64,000 bases of DNA. Source: Trypanosoma brucei. Lineage: Eukaryota. The notes under the pieces were generated by a model that saw only the letters and a list, made by a program, of their open reading frames with translations, had not been told where the DNA came from and did not search any database. Positions 1 through 11,200 of this stretch are shown in pieces. Position numbers and translations under genes: made by a program. Where the stretch lies: the NCBI GenBank assembly GCA_000002445.1, contig CM000208.1, forward strand, positions 2,656,001 through 2,720,000, read 5' to 3'. Within the stretch, counting starts at the first letter, position 1. Each line of letters begins with the position of its first letter.

Positions 1-669
1 CGGCTCGCTGTGTCTGTTCCACACGTTCACTTCAAATACAACTGGACCATTGACAACCGCAACGGTTGGTTTGAACCTCCAAGCGAGGTACAACGCCGGT
101 TTTGTTGGAACGAACACTAGTCGATAGGGCCGCCCCCATGCTGCAGGCTCACCAGGCGTCAAAGCGCAGCACCCGCCGGTATGACTCGTATCATCGTTGT
201 TATCTCCCCAGAACGAGAGCGTCCTCCCACCACTTTCCTCCGTGTATCCTTCACCTGAGCCACCAAGGACACCGGTGTCTAGCGGTTCGGACACCACGCG
301 TGTGTAACCATCCCATGCGGGATCACGCGGGTCTCGCGGGGCGTACACGTAGTTCCGCGTGGCGTTCATGTTAGTGAGGAGGTTGCACAAGGTGACCCCA
401 GGAAGGGGAATGAGGTGATCCGCAAATGAGCCCATCTCGACAATCAAGACGTAGTTGTGTCCATGATAATCATACTCGACACATGGTTTCATGTAGTTCT
501 TACCTCCATCGAATCCGTTTTGAATATCATCTGTGGTGATTCTGCGGGTACCGTCCAGGTTACCAACTACAACCCCATTTTCGGCAGCTGAAGCAAGTAC
601 GGGCAAAACCGTAAACACAACAATAATGGCTAAAACATTTAAAAAAGTGCCTGGGGGGCTTAGTGCCAT
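1..669 (-). CDS. Partial CDS running off the window start; only the N-terminal 223 aa are visible. Protein with N-terminal secretory signal peptide (MALSPPGTFLNVLAIIVVFTVLPVLASAAE...); function unknown.
   Basis: Manual translation of the minus strand shows an open frame from ATG at 669 to the window edge with no stop. The hydrophobic N-terminus followed by AxA-like cleavage context is typical of an ER signal peptide. It is not in the ORF track because it lacks a stop inside the window. Confidence 0.5.
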   Translation of the reverse strand, partial: MALSPPGTFLNVLAIIVVFTVLPVLASAAENGVVVGNLDGTRRITTDDIQNGFDGGKNYMKPCVEYDYHGHNYVLIVEMGSFADHLIPLPGVTLCNLLTNMNATRNYVYAPRDPRDPAWDGYTRVVSEPLDTGVLGGSGEGYTEESGGRTLSFWGDNNDDTSHTGGCCALTPGEPAAWGRPYRLVFVPTKPALYLAWRFKPTVAVVNGPVVFEVNVWNRHSEP

Positions 670-3034
670 GAAGAATGCATTTCCCCTCCTCCTTTTTGCG
701 CAAGCACACTTCATACTCGTGGCGGAGTACAGGTCTCCCTCCTCACGTTAGTGCGCTTCCCTTTCCACGCACCACCTTCTGCACCGCAGACAACTCACGC
801 CGCGATTCGACAGCTGTGCTGCTCGCTCGGCGTAGGGAACGAGCGGCAGAGTTTTTTCAAACCCGATAAATATAAAATATTTATTTCGGTGCCTTCTCTC
901 CCTTTCAAATGGTAAACCCGTCACTTTATTGACAAAACAAAGGCGCCGTTCCTCTGTCTGTAGCGCCACCTCCTGAGGCGCCTGTACCTTTAGTTCCCGA
1001 TACGTGTAAGGGTCTCCCTTTAAAAAAAAAAATACAGTCGAAGCGGCTAACTGACTTCCAGTTAAAACAAACTGGATACGACAAACTCGAGTGAGTTTGT
1101 TATGCGCACATCCGTGTGTGTTGTGAGGATAAAAGGGGGTTAAAGCAAGCAAAGATCGGGGGAAAGAGGAAAGAAATGGCTCTGGCGCAAGGAGAACTAA
1201 GTGTTTCGCGCGTTGTTAGGGAAACATCCCAGTGAAGAAATAAAAAAACAAAACGTTTCCGTGTGCGTAGCGCAGGTCCCATGTAACGCCTGCCTTACCC
1301 CACATCATGTATCTCGACTAACCTTTTTCCAATGGAAAATATAAGCAAGACGTTATCCGAATGATCGTGTCCTGACACCGGCTACCGGGTGTTGCTTTAG
1401 GGAGGCAGTGGCCACCGGCAATTCTTTTCACGCAACACGAAGGGTGAAGTTCTTCCAGTTACTCTGGCAGAAGGAGCTAACACCGCGTGCAACTTTATCT
1501 CCATTTCCGTCCCCTTCCAGTTACGATCCCCAGGAGCCACCAATCAAGGAATACTTCGGTCCCCACAGGGAAGTCGTTGAATGATGTTATCGTGAACGGT
1601 GCCACCTACTTGTCTTTTACCAAAAGACGAGACCGCCGAGGTATAGGGGGAAAGGTTCTAGTTTCCTTACTTGCATTCCTAGTTCCTTCTATCCTTATCA
1701 GTATGCAGTAAAGGCAAACCCCCTAAAATGGGAAAAGAGAGCAAGAGCTCACAGCGGAATTGTGATGTAGACCTGCCAGAACACACACACACACATACAT
1801 CGTGCACTATGCAGTAGAGTACTAAGTTGGTGTGTCCCCACCCTATGTTCCGCCTTACCGCTCAGTAAATACTGTGTTAATATATATGCTCTGTACGTTG
1901 ATAGAACGTCGTTGTCAGGGGAGCGAGAAATAACGGACCACACCTCCGACTACCACCATCTACCTTACTTAGCACGGATGTTGCTTTAGTCTCATCTACC
2001 CTCCTCCCTTTCACCACTCAAACATCCGTACCCTATGGGCCCCTCACTGTTAATATCAGTATGCCACTAGTAAAAGCTCATCCCCTTCATCCCTCAACCT
2101 CGCACACTGCCGTTACCGAGCTATCGGAGCGGGAGACGGATCGTTGTCGCACGCAGTTGAATAACCATCCACGGGAGATTAGCTTGGTCGATACAACTGT
2201 AAGAAAATCGGGGGAGAAGCCTTCCACAAAGACCAAACAAACGATTCGAGGTAGCAACAGCCACACAGGGAACTCCAAAATTATCTCCGCTCGGATCTCG
2301 TATTATTTTCTCTTTAGCTTTCCTTCTTTTTACCCTGCATGTCCCATTCCACTCCATTTGCTTCCCTTCCTCCTTTATTATATATTTTTTTCACTTTCCC
2401 GTTCGATTGCTTCCCTCGCCCATTTTCGTCGGCATCAGCCTATTTAGACATGCAACTGCTGGAACGAAGGAGTGAAAAGAAAACCGAAAAAGACTGAAAC
2501 GAAACAAGAAACAAAACAAAGGGGAAGGCACTGACCATCATCCCCCTTCTACCACACGCGCCAGCTTACTTACTGGCGAGAGTAAATCCCACATGCTGTG
2601 TAGCGTGCAGTCGATACTGCAAACAAGCTGTATTTTTGCTGGACGACCGAGGAAGGGGGGGATGAAGTGAGTGACTCTAAGAGAGTGATAGGGGGAAAAG
2701 AGTAAAAAAAAAACAACAACACCACAACCATCATCGCCGAGAGAAAAGAGGGGGTTGGAGAAAGAGTCATAGAGATAGCTCGGAATATGGGGCACAGGTT
2801 CAGAGAGCTCAACATGCGGTGGGAATGCGTTCTCAGCCCTTACGGAATGTCACGAAAGCGAAATTCTCACATGTTTCGTTCCAAGTGGAGCCCGTATTGG
2901 TAAGGATTCCCCTCCCGTTTCACCTTGCTCCCTTGCCCCCAAACTTCGACGTGCCACGCTTCCCCTTTCCTTCCTTCAATTACATGGCCTCTATAAACGA
3001 GAACGTCCTTCACTCCACTGCGATTCATATCTCC

Positions 3035-3793
3035 TCAACGAATCAGCCTATACATCTGCGCGATGTCATCCTCGTCAGAGTCTTCCTCATGTTCTTCACC
3101 ATCCTCCACATTAAAGAAGTGATGATTAAGCCATTCTGGTATCAGTGACGAGTACTGTTCTCCGAAGAAGGTAACACTTCCAGGCCCTACCACCTCCAAT
3201 TGCACAAAACCATCCACATCAAATCGTATGTCCACATTGCTGCACAAGTCACTCATGCGGGGAAGCACCACGGTGTACACTCCACCAAGCCGCACCTGCT
3301 CAAGCTGGAAAAGATTGTCAGCGCCGATTGTTCTCTTGCTGCTGCCCTCACTTTCGAGATTGAGGGGCCCCGCAACTGTGCCACAGTTTCCGGGAAAACC
3401 CCACGGAAAGCACGCAACCGTGTGGCTCTCCATCTTCCCTGAAGCACAAAGTGTCGTGAGGTTTGCAAGGGTTATCTGACGCAACGCGGCATCACCGTAT
3501 GTCTTAACTCTTGAGGAGAGCTTCTGCTTCCTTGTTTGTTGTTGCCTTTTCACGTACGATTCAACTTCCTCCACAGTAGGTGGTGTGAAGGCGATGTGGG
3601 TCACCCGCACAGAGCTCCGAACCTGCTGTGCTGCGCACTCTTCAAAAGAGTACGGCCTTTCCTCAAGGACCACAACGCGAAATGACGTCGCCGTTATTTC
3701 ATCACGCTCTTCCATTCGTATAGTTAACTTCTCCCCTCCTTTGTTGATACGCCCTCGCTTGCCCACAGCCGAAGTGTACCTGGTTATACGCAC
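3035..3793 (-). CDS. Hypothetical protein, 252 aa, with acidic C-terminal tail (EDGEEHEEDSDEDD)
   Basis: Long ORF in the same orientation as the surrounding minus-strand gene block. No family recognised from sequence alone. Confidence 0.5.
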   Translation of the reverse strand: MRITRYTSAVGKRGRINKGGEKLTIRMEERDEITATSFRVVVLEERPYSFEECAAQQVRSSVRVTHIAFTPPTVEEVESYVKRQQQTRKQKLSSRVKTYGDAALRQITLANLTTLCASGKMESHTVACFPWGFPGNCGTVAGPLNLESEGSSKRTIGADNLFQLEQVRLGGVYTVVLPRMSDLCSNVDIRFDVDGFVQLEVVGPGSVTFFGEQYSSLIPEWLNHHFFNVEDGEEHEEDSDEDDIAQMYRLIR

Positions 3794-4327
3794 CTTATCG
3801 TTGGTTTTTTCCCAACTGGGTATTTCGTGTCCTTCGGCTCGTCCCCTTCAGTATCTATTGCGTATATTGGTTGTTCAGTTGCTCCCCTACTACACCGCCG
3901 TAATGGGAGCAATAACTTCTTAGCGCAAAACAAGAATGACACGATGCGAACCGAATGCCGAAACCGTAAAGATGTTGTGAGGACGAAAAGCACTACTGTG
4001 GAAGCCTGGTCCTTTGAAATCAGCACGCGAGCAAAAGGAATGACAAGTGGAGAAAGAGATAAGAAATAACACAACGAAAAAAAATAGGGTGCTAAACAAA
4101 CTGACGGAGGTGGCCAATAGTACGCAGTGCACTCAAACCACATTTCCACCCTTTTTCCTTTCACACGATGAAAGTGTCCGCATTACAAAATAAACACCAT
4201 AAACTTAGTAGGTGGAGGCGAGCTGGCATCCCATACCACGGCAACAAACGTGCATGAGATTGTGTGCAACAACCCTTTTCAACAACATTTGCCTCGATGC
4301 TGTTAAATCAATAGGCAACGAAATTAG

Positions 4328-5344
4328 TTAGTCCTTGCCTTGCCGTTGCCTTTCATGCGAGCCCCCGCGCTCCACCTCCTCAACTTTCTGCACTTCTGGT
4401 ACCCAGTGCCGTGTCGTCCGTTCAATCATATCCCTCAGAGTTGTCTTGCTGCTCCTACACTTACGGCACGCTCCCAGCATCTCAACCAGCATCACTGAAT
4501 CCGCAAGCCCAACAAAGCGAATGTCACCACCGTCAGCTTGAAGCTGTGGTCTAATCGTGGTAGAGATAAGTTCTTTCAACACCACCACTACCTCAGAATC
4601 GCCATCCTGTGGGATGGTATCTGGATGCGGGTGAGGAGCATCTGCGTCGATATGAGCCCGACCACTGTACAGGTGATCCGTGAGAAGGGCGCTAACATGA
4701 AGCTTTAGCTCACTCCAATGTGTGCTGCGCACCAGATCACGCAGAGCGGCCTCATCCACTGAGTCTAGTGCAACCCCGCCCTGCGAACCTAGATTATCCT
4801 CGGTGTTTTCGCCGCCACCGTCCACACTTTCGTTAGGGTCATTGCGACCAGAAAGTGTTTTTACCTGCTCGCAGTTTTCTTCCATGGCGTCCATAACCTT
4901 CCGCTGGAGCGCCGCTGACCGTTCGGCCGTTTCTTCCGGTGTCGCGGTGGGATTACCGCCGAGTCTAACAGCGTACTGTCGCACTGCAGCCGCCGTGTCG
5001 TCATCGTCCACACGGCGCACCGTCACAAAATCCCTCCCAATGGTAACTTCCTCCACCATAGGGAGATTGTGGAGAATGTGCTTGGCAAGGGGCGATTGAT
5101 GGCAGTTGTCAAAATCGAAACGAAGTGTATTTCCACTTTGTGGGAGAAATTCGACGCCTTTGACAAAAAACTTATAGCACGCTTCATTTGGCGTTTCGCG
5201 GAAGGAAACGAAGAAGCTCCTCTTGGAATCCACGTGTGCTTTGGGGGTTAGACATCCTCGAGTCAGCTCCTGCGCTATACGCGGGCAGCGGGCAACGTAG
5301 AAAGGACCAGCGCGGTAAAACAACCAGGAACCGACCCGCATCAA
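4328..5344 (-). CDS. NFU: NFU-type iron-sulfur cluster scaffold protein (Nfu_N domain plus NifU C-terminal domain with CxxC), likely mitochondrial
   Basis: N-terminal Nfu_N-like segment (GNTLRFDFDNCHQSPLAKHILHNLPMVEEVTIGRDFVTVRRV) and C-terminal NifU-like segment (IRPQLQADGGDIRFVGL...GACRKCRSSKTTLRDMIE). R-rich N-terminus is consistent with a mitochondrial presequence. Confidence 0.75.
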   Translation of the reverse strand: MMRVGSWLFYRAGPFYVARCPRIAQELTRGCLTPKAHVDSKRSFFVSFRETPNEACYKFFVKGVEFLPQSGNTLRFDFDNCHQSPLAKHILHNLPMVEEVTIGRDFVTVRRVDDDDTAAAVRQYAVRLGGNPTATPEETAERSAALQRKVMDAMEENCEQVKTLSGRNDPNESVDGGGENTEDNLGSQGGVALDSVDEAALRDLVRSTHWSELKLHVSALLTDHLYSGRAHIDADAPHPHPDTIPQDGDSEVVVVLKELISTTIRPQLQADGGDIRFVGLADSVMLVEMLGACRKCRSSKTTLRDMIERTTRHWVPEVQKVEEVERGGSHERQRQGKD

Positions 5345-5704
5345 TTATCACCCGCGCCCACACCCCTGAGAAAGAGCGAAGGGTAGGAAAAAGAATATGA
5401 AGAAGCGAACCTACAAATTTTAAAAGCACACAACTGTCCAGAGGTGAACCGCTCTTTCTCACGTAAAACAAAATGCGCATCGGCTTAAGGGCGAGTTATT
5501 CAGGGTGTCAGAGAGTAAACCGTATATGCACCTATTTGTAGCCATTAATCGCACGGTGCACGGCACATCATAAGAAGGCAGTAACACAAGGGTCGCCATT
5601 CCAGTAGAGACCAGACCCCCCTACCGCTGCACCCATGTCAAAACACATGTTCCGCTTTGTGTCGCCTAGTGGGCTGCAATCGTCCAAAAGCATTCTTCAA
5701 GGCA

Positions 5705-8700
5705 CTACACGAAGTTGTACTGCTGCTGCCTTTCTTCCTCAGCGATGGCCTCGCTTAGCATCGATGGCACCTCCGTTTCAATTTCCTCGTTTGTTGCAAG
5801 CTGTGCTTCATACTTTTGCTTCAATTTCTTTTCCCAAAGTTGAATGTTTTCTTGGGCGCGGTCACGGTGACTTCGCAGTTCCGCTTCCTGTTGGCTTAGT
5901 TGTGCGTTAAATATTTGTTGCTGCCTGTGGAACTCTGATGCCTCCCCTCCTTGCATGGTCTCTAACGCCTCTTTCTGAAGCATTAATTGACCCTTTTTCA
6001 CCGCGATCATAAAGAGCTTCTGTAACCTTTCCTGGGCCTCAGCGGGTAGCTGTTGCACAGGAAGGCTCAGATCAGCATTGACCTCGCCAGCAGTGCGCTT
6101 TTGCATCGCTTCAATTTCCCGCAAGCCAAACTCCTTTGCAACGCGGTTATACAGCGCAACACAACCTTCGCACTCAAGCTCGCCGATAGAAAAGTTTTCA
6201 AACCCCCCACGGGCAACCAAGTCACTGCAGCGCATCGTTAGCCTGGTCTTGCATTGGGGGCAGCGAACCGTCACTTTCTCCTCGCAAGGTTTCGGCTCTT
6301 CCCCACATCGAACCCGTTGGAAGTGATATACAACAGTCATCGTTGGCCCATTGTCATTTACGCCCGTAACCACGCTTTGACCACACAGCAGTCGTTTTAG
6401 ACCGACGAATTCGCACGGAGAGCACGGTTCATAGCAGCTGCGCAAGCACGCGTGGCCACACCGCTGATCCCTTGCGCAGGGGAAGGGGCACCTGTCGTGA
6501 AGCAAGTTCGAGTCACCTTTTACACCACAAGTACAAGATTGTGAAAAACCGGAGGGGACGTGGCATGCGTGAAGACATGCATGCGCTGTGCTTGTGCAAT
6601 TGGTATAGGGGGCGAGGCAAAATGATCGACATTCCCGGACACCGATTACGCGGACCTTGCAACCACAGTAGTCTGCGTATGTTAGAATGGCTAACTGCCG
6701 ACTGCTCGCGTGTTCCGGGCAGCGTAGCGCCAGCGCTGCCCACTTGGCTTCGGTAGGCAGCCAATACTCACCGCGATCGCGTTGCTGTTGAGCAAATCCT
6801 TCTATTCGTTGCAACGGGTCAAGGAAGCGAAACAATTCCTTGCTCCCAATCAATAGCACACCACGGCGCGCACGTGATGCGGCTTTCCACAGCCATCGTT
6901 CCACACACCCAACAAATGTTTTTTCCGCCACCGTCTGTTCCCACCGTTTCTGCCGCTGCAAACCACTAACGTGGCCTATCGACCGCGCCAAACCCGAAAG
7001 GCAGAGCACCGCAACATCGCACTCTTCATCGTGCTCCACAAATGCGTCAGGAAGGAGCGGCAGCGTATAAACAACCTTGGTGAGATCCGCCTGATCCCCC
7101 TCGGCACAAAGCGACATTCCCTCTATGATGACGTCCCGATCGACAGAGGAACTGCAGTAAACAATGACCTCGTACGAGGGAGTAACCTGCTTGATGCGGG
7201 CGCGCGCAAATGCAGCTCCCAGGCCGTCACATGTAACGCCTACATTAATAGGCACAGCGTGCGTCCACAGTTCTACACAAGAGGAAGAGGAAAATCCCGG
7301 GATTTGGACGGGTTGGTGGGTACCCTCCCCCGAGAAGCCGTGATCACCGCTGGCCTCCGCCGTACTGGAGCCCACAACAGGTGCTTCACCTCGTGACGCT
7401 GCATAGTTAACGAGAGGACTATTACGGCACAGCAGGAGACCTTTGTGGAGCTCAGGTGCGCTAAAACGGAGGGCTTCACCCAAAACGGCAGTGGAGAAGA
7501 ATGAAGTTCCTTGAAGCTCCTTCTGGGTAGCCTTGAGGACTGCCAGGGCAATCTGTTGCTCTGATTGCAGCGGGGCGTCCATCTGCCGAGAAAGAACAAC
7601 CACAGACGCCGGTGAAAGCGCAAGGTAGAGTGCATCCTCTACTTGATCATAGTCATCAATCACAAGGTAGCGAGGCTGCCACATCCGGATGAAAAGTATT
7701 TCTCGCAGCAGCGAAACCCTCGTGGCAGTTAGCACAGTCACCTTCGATACCTGTGACGTTGCCGCCACCATATGGACCAGATCAAGAAAGAAGGAGAAGA
7801 TGTATTGCACCTCATTCATGATTCTTTTTTGCAAAAAATTGAGGAACTCGGTCTGCTTTTCGCCGTATACGGCCAGCCACCCAGCGGCCTCAGATTTGCC
7901 ATAATCGCAGAGGCCACGAGCGGCGTTTGGAAGGGTTACCGGTTTGAACGTTCCTCCCATCAAGGGCTTCATACTTCGCCACTCCGGCGCGTCGCGTGCC
8001 CCACTACCCCCGTCTGCTGAAAGGAAAGCAGCAGCATCCACCACTGTTGCGGATTCCCACAGATCCGTACCAAGGAAAGTCATCCACGACTCGCCCCGAA
8101 GCTTCGCCTCAGTGAAAGTGTCGTTTCTCTCTTTTTGTGTCATGATCCAAGATAGGAATTCGGTAAACAATTTCCATTCACCTTCGCCTGCAGCATCCAA
8201 TGACTCTTGCACGACACTAATGAGATTTCCCAAACGCCTGAGGGAACGTAACCACACGTTCAGAACACCTGTCAGGGGCGCCCTCATGGAACGGTCGTAG
8301 CTCTGCTGCAGGGCATCACTCAATGAGTGAAACTTATCCTTAACGTTGGCCTCGTGGAGCACTCGGTCGGTATACTTCGGAGGGTCGTGTTTCAATGCCC
8401 TCGGTCGCAATAGCAACGGCGCGTGGCAGCATTTCAATTTCTCACTCAACTGCACGTGCTCGTTGATGTTTAAAATCGCTTCGCTGGTGAGTTCCTCCAG
8501 TAAGTCACGCCCAGAAGAAGTATCTGCCTCATAAAAAAGATCATCCATATCTTCTACCATCGCAAGCTTGGCCACATAACCCGAAACCGCATGCCCGCTT
8601 TGCTTGATCAACGAGTGCCACAATGGCGCATGCTCTTTCCGAAGTTCCTCGTGTACTCTTCCACGAGCCAGGCTCGCCGCGTGCATTATTACAGTCTTGC

Positions 8701-11200
8701 CGCTTCCAACAGCACCAACGAGTGTACGGACGCCACGGCCCGACGCTGTCAAGGTGTGGATACACTCTACCTGCGAAGGAGTTAGCGCCGTGGCCTCCGT
8801 AAGGTCGTCAAGACAACGCCGTAGGTGCTCTCCGTCGGAGGGAAGTAACGTGGAGGTTACGAACATGTCTTCTACGCTTTCACTGCTGCCAAATGAAGCA
8901 GGTAGGTTAGTGCCTGCTACGTTGCCACTAATGCTGTCGTTTGCATTGTTTCCCCACCAAAGAATACGTCCCTGTGAAGCGCTACCCTTTTCTTGAAGAC
9001 TCTTCAGACGCCCTGGAGCATAAACATCCTTCCGCCCCTCATGCTGCAGGCGTCTTCGCAATGACTGAAGGTGCCGAATGTACAATATATACGAAATTGC
9101 CGAAGTTCCTTTTGGGAAAAACTGTGGAGGCTCCTGTCCGAGCTGCGGGCGCTGTGCGTCGCCCAACTTTTCACCGTCACCGTGCGCGTCTTCGTAAACA
9201 AACCAAGCTTCCGGAAATTTTTCACCTGTGTCTGAAGAAACCGACGCCGCCGCGCTTGCTCCTAAAAGCGAGGGCAGCATGTCTCCGTCACGGAGAACAT
9301 AGGCGTCGACTGTGCAAATGGTCCAACCCACCTCTCCATCAGTGCAGTTTTTGCTGGAGCAGTCGGACACATTGCACACGATAACGGGGAAAACAAAAAC
9401 ATTTCCGTTCAGTCTTACAATTAGATAACCAAAGGTAGAACCCCGTTCACCCAGCCTAGTGAAATCTTTCTTTTCCTTTGCCGCACGCAACGTGGCCGTT
9501 AGCGGCATGCCAAACAAAGCATGTAGCTGAATCTCATCCAAGGAATAACTGGTCAGAGACGAGCGGACCGCCGCTTGATTGACTCTTGTCACTGAGATAT
9601 GTGGCCACCACCGTTCCATTCTGTCCCCAGTACCCTCGCTCAACGGAGGTTCGCTAACGAAATGGTTTACTGCGCGAGCAGCTGGGCCGTACAGTTCCGC
9701 ATACGCTGCCAGTATGGAACTCTCAACAAAACGCGGCGCCTCCTGACGAAGATAGGGCGTGTAAGCACTTGCCATAGCCGCCATCATTTCCCTGACGGTG
9801 CCCCTCTGGAGCCCCCTAAGCTCTCTGATCTCCTGCATGGTTGGTGGGCAGTGAGCATTACCAACAATATTGGAAGACTCAACCATCTGCTCTTTGTGCC
9901 GCACCCAATGTACAAAGTGACGGAACAGACCGGCGCGTGCCAACTCTTCGACAAGCTGTGCAACTGGCTGGTTGCTATCTGCCTTCCCACCGTCGACACC
10001 TCTGCTATCTATCCATATGGATGTGAGGCGATGCAGTACAGCGTGGACACCGCGCTCCGCCTCTGTATGCAACTTTTGCTGCAGTGAATCACAATCCGTT
10101 TTGCCTCCGCAGTTGGTAGGTGCCCGCTCTCCGCACGTATAGCGAAGACCCAGCCATATGGCGTCCAACACCGACTGCTGGGCAGCAACCCACGATGACT
10201 GCGACACTGAGCCCGCCATTTCACTCAACACCAGCGTGAGACCGTCAACAAAAAGGGGTGAGGCGACGAACTGACGTATCGCTTCCCCTAGTATGTGTGG
10301 AAGTGGAGCGACAGTCTCTGCGTTGCTTAATATAGCAACGTAAAGGCGGACCACAGAAAAAATCACCTTCTTCAGTTGAAGCACTGTCCGAGCGGAGACA
10401 CCCGTCACCCTCTTGAGTTGTCGAAGTAGAAGGGGCAGCTGCAGGGAGCGGGACCAACCCGTCGAATTAACGCGGCGACTCGAGGAGGTGCAGTCCGCTC
10501 CGAGCCCTACAAGGGGTTGAACAATGCACGTTACCTGAGCCAAGCCAGGGGGATGTGATAAGATTTCTCGCACCCATTTCGCCGTAGTTACTGCATTCCA
10601 TGAGGCCGCGTGACACCAATCACCGGCATCCGCTAGTGAAGACGGATCGAAGGTTAAAAACTCCAGTAGGTGCTTACTCTCGTGTCCCTCATCACCGGGT
10701 TTACACGACGGACGTGCTCGTTGTAGTATCACGACGTCTCCCATACAGAAGCTCTGCCCCACTTCGGAAGGGACGTTTACGGGATCGATACTATCTGATG
10801 TAAAGAGGAGTGTTGTGTCGTTATTGGCTACAAGCCGAATAACACCCAGTTCCATGGGACCATCAAACACTGCTGAGACAGGTGGAACCAGGAAACTCCG
10901 CGCCACATGACGAAAGGCAGGTGAACTAAGCAATACATCAACGTCGGAAATCGAGCTAACGAGGCCACTGCACTCTAGATAGTCGGCCACGGCCTTTCTT
11001 GTGGTTCCGTTCGTAATCTCTATAGCTGCCGAGTAGGGTGAATGACTTGCGGCCCTCTCGACGATGCCCCCGCCATCACCGTCTCGCTGGCGTTTCGCAC
11101 CTTTGTTTGACACGGATGCTACTGGCATTAGGCGGCGACCCAGCTCAGCTTTCTGTACTTGATCTTTTTCTTCGTGGCGTGTCGGGCAACACAAACACAC
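5705..11200 (-). CDS. Very large (1831 aa) ZNFX1-like protein: superfamily-1 P-loop helicase core followed by NF-X1-type zinc fingers and a C-terminal coiled coil
   Basis: Walker A GAVGSGKT; downstream VLTATR and YLVIDDYDQVED resemble ZNFX1 motifs Ia/II. Cys/His cluster with NF-X1-type spacing (CGHACLRSCYEPCSPC, CLHACHVPSGFSQSC). The C-terminal ~150 aa are heptad-rich. Confidence 0.7.
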   Translation of the reverse strand: MCLCCPTRHEEKDQVQKAELGRRLMPVASVSNKGAKRQRDGDGGGIVERAASHSPYSAAIEITNGTTRKAVADYLECSGLVSSISDVDVLLSSPAFRHVARSFLVPPVSAVFDGPMELGVIRLVANNDTTLLFTSDSIDPVNVPSEVGQSFCMGDVVILQRARPSCKPGDEGHESKHLLEFLTFDPSSLADAGDWCHAASWNAVTTAKWVREILSHPPGLAQVTCIVQPLVGLGADCTSSSRRVNSTGWSRSLQLPLLLRQLKRVTGVSARTVLQLKKVIFSVVRLYVAILSNAETVAPLPHILGEAIRQFVASPLFVDGLTLVLSEMAGSVSQSSWVAAQQSVLDAIWLGLRYTCGERAPTNCGGKTDCDSLQQKLHTEAERGVHAVLHRLTSIWIDSRGVDGGKADSNQPVAQLVEELARAGLFRHFVHWVRHKEQMVESSNIVGNAHCPPTMQEIRELRGLQRGTVREMMAAMASAYTPYLRQEAPRFVESSILAAYAELYGPAARAVNHFVSEPPLSEGTGDRMERWWPHISVTRVNQAAVRSSLTSYSLDEIQLHALFGMPLTATLRAAKEKKDFTRLGERGSTFGYLIVRLNGNVFVFPVIVCNVSDCSSKNCTDGEVGWTICTVDAYVLRDGDMLPSLLGASAAASVSSDTGEKFPEAWFVYEDAHGDGEKLGDAQRPQLGQEPPQFFPKGTSAISYILYIRHLQSLRRRLQHEGRKDVYAPGRLKSLQEKGSASQGRILWWGNNANDSISGNVAGTNLPASFGSSESVEDMFVTSTLLPSDGEHLRRCLDDLTEATALTPSQVECIHTLTASGRGVRTLVGAVGSGKTVIMHAASLARGRVHEELRKEHAPLWHSLIKQSGHAVSGYVAKLAMVEDMDDLFYEADTSSGRDLLEELTSEAILNINEHVQLSEKLKCCHAPLLLRPRALKHDPPKYTDRVLHEANVKDKFHSLSDALQQSYDRSMRAPLTGVLNVWLRSLRRLGNLISVVQESLDAAGEGEWKLFTEFLSWIMTQKERNDTFTEAKLRGESWMTFLGTDLWESATVVDAAAFLSADGGSGARDAPEWRSMKPLMGGTFKPVTLPNAARGLCDYGKSEAAGWLAVYGEKQTEFLNFLQKRIMNEVQYIFSFFLDLVHMVAATSQVSKVTVLTATRVSLLREILFIRMWQPRYLVIDDYDQVEDALYLALSPASVVVLSRQMDAPLQSEQQIALAVLKATQKELQGTSFFSTAVLGEALRFSAPELHKGLLLCRNSPLVNYAASRGEAPVVGSSTAEASGDHGFSGEGTHQPVQIPGFSSSSCVELWTHAVPINVGVTCDGLGAAFARARIKQVTPSYEVIVYCSSSVDRDVIIEGMSLCAEGDQADLTKVVYTLPLLPDAFVEHDEECDVAVLCLSGLARSIGHVSGLQRQKRWEQTVAEKTFVGCVERWLWKAASRARRGVLLIGSKELFRFLDPLQRIEGFAQQQRDRGEYWLPTEAKWAALALRCPEHASSRQLAILTYADYCGCKVRVIGVRECRSFCLAPYTNCTSTAHACLHACHVPSGFSQSCTCGVKGDSNLLHDRCPFPCARDQRCGHACLRSCYEPCSPCEFVGLKRLLCGQSVVTGVNDNGPTMTVVYHFQRVRCGEEPKPCEEKVTVRCPQCKTRLTMRCSDLVARGGFENFSIGELECEGCVALYNRVAKEFGLREIEAMQKRTAGEVNADLSLPVQQLPAEAQERLQKLFMIAVKKGQLMLQKEALETMQGGEASEFHRQQQIFNAQLSQQEAELRSHRDRAQENIQLWEKKLKQKYEAQLATNEEIETEVPSMLSEAIAEEERQQQYNFV

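Noticed and set aside
6053-10803. Numerous 60–160 aa ORFs on both strands inside the 5705–11200 gene
   Set aside because: They are nested within a continuous 5.5 kb ORF with recognisable helicase and zinc-finger motifs, and they are short and compositionally biased.
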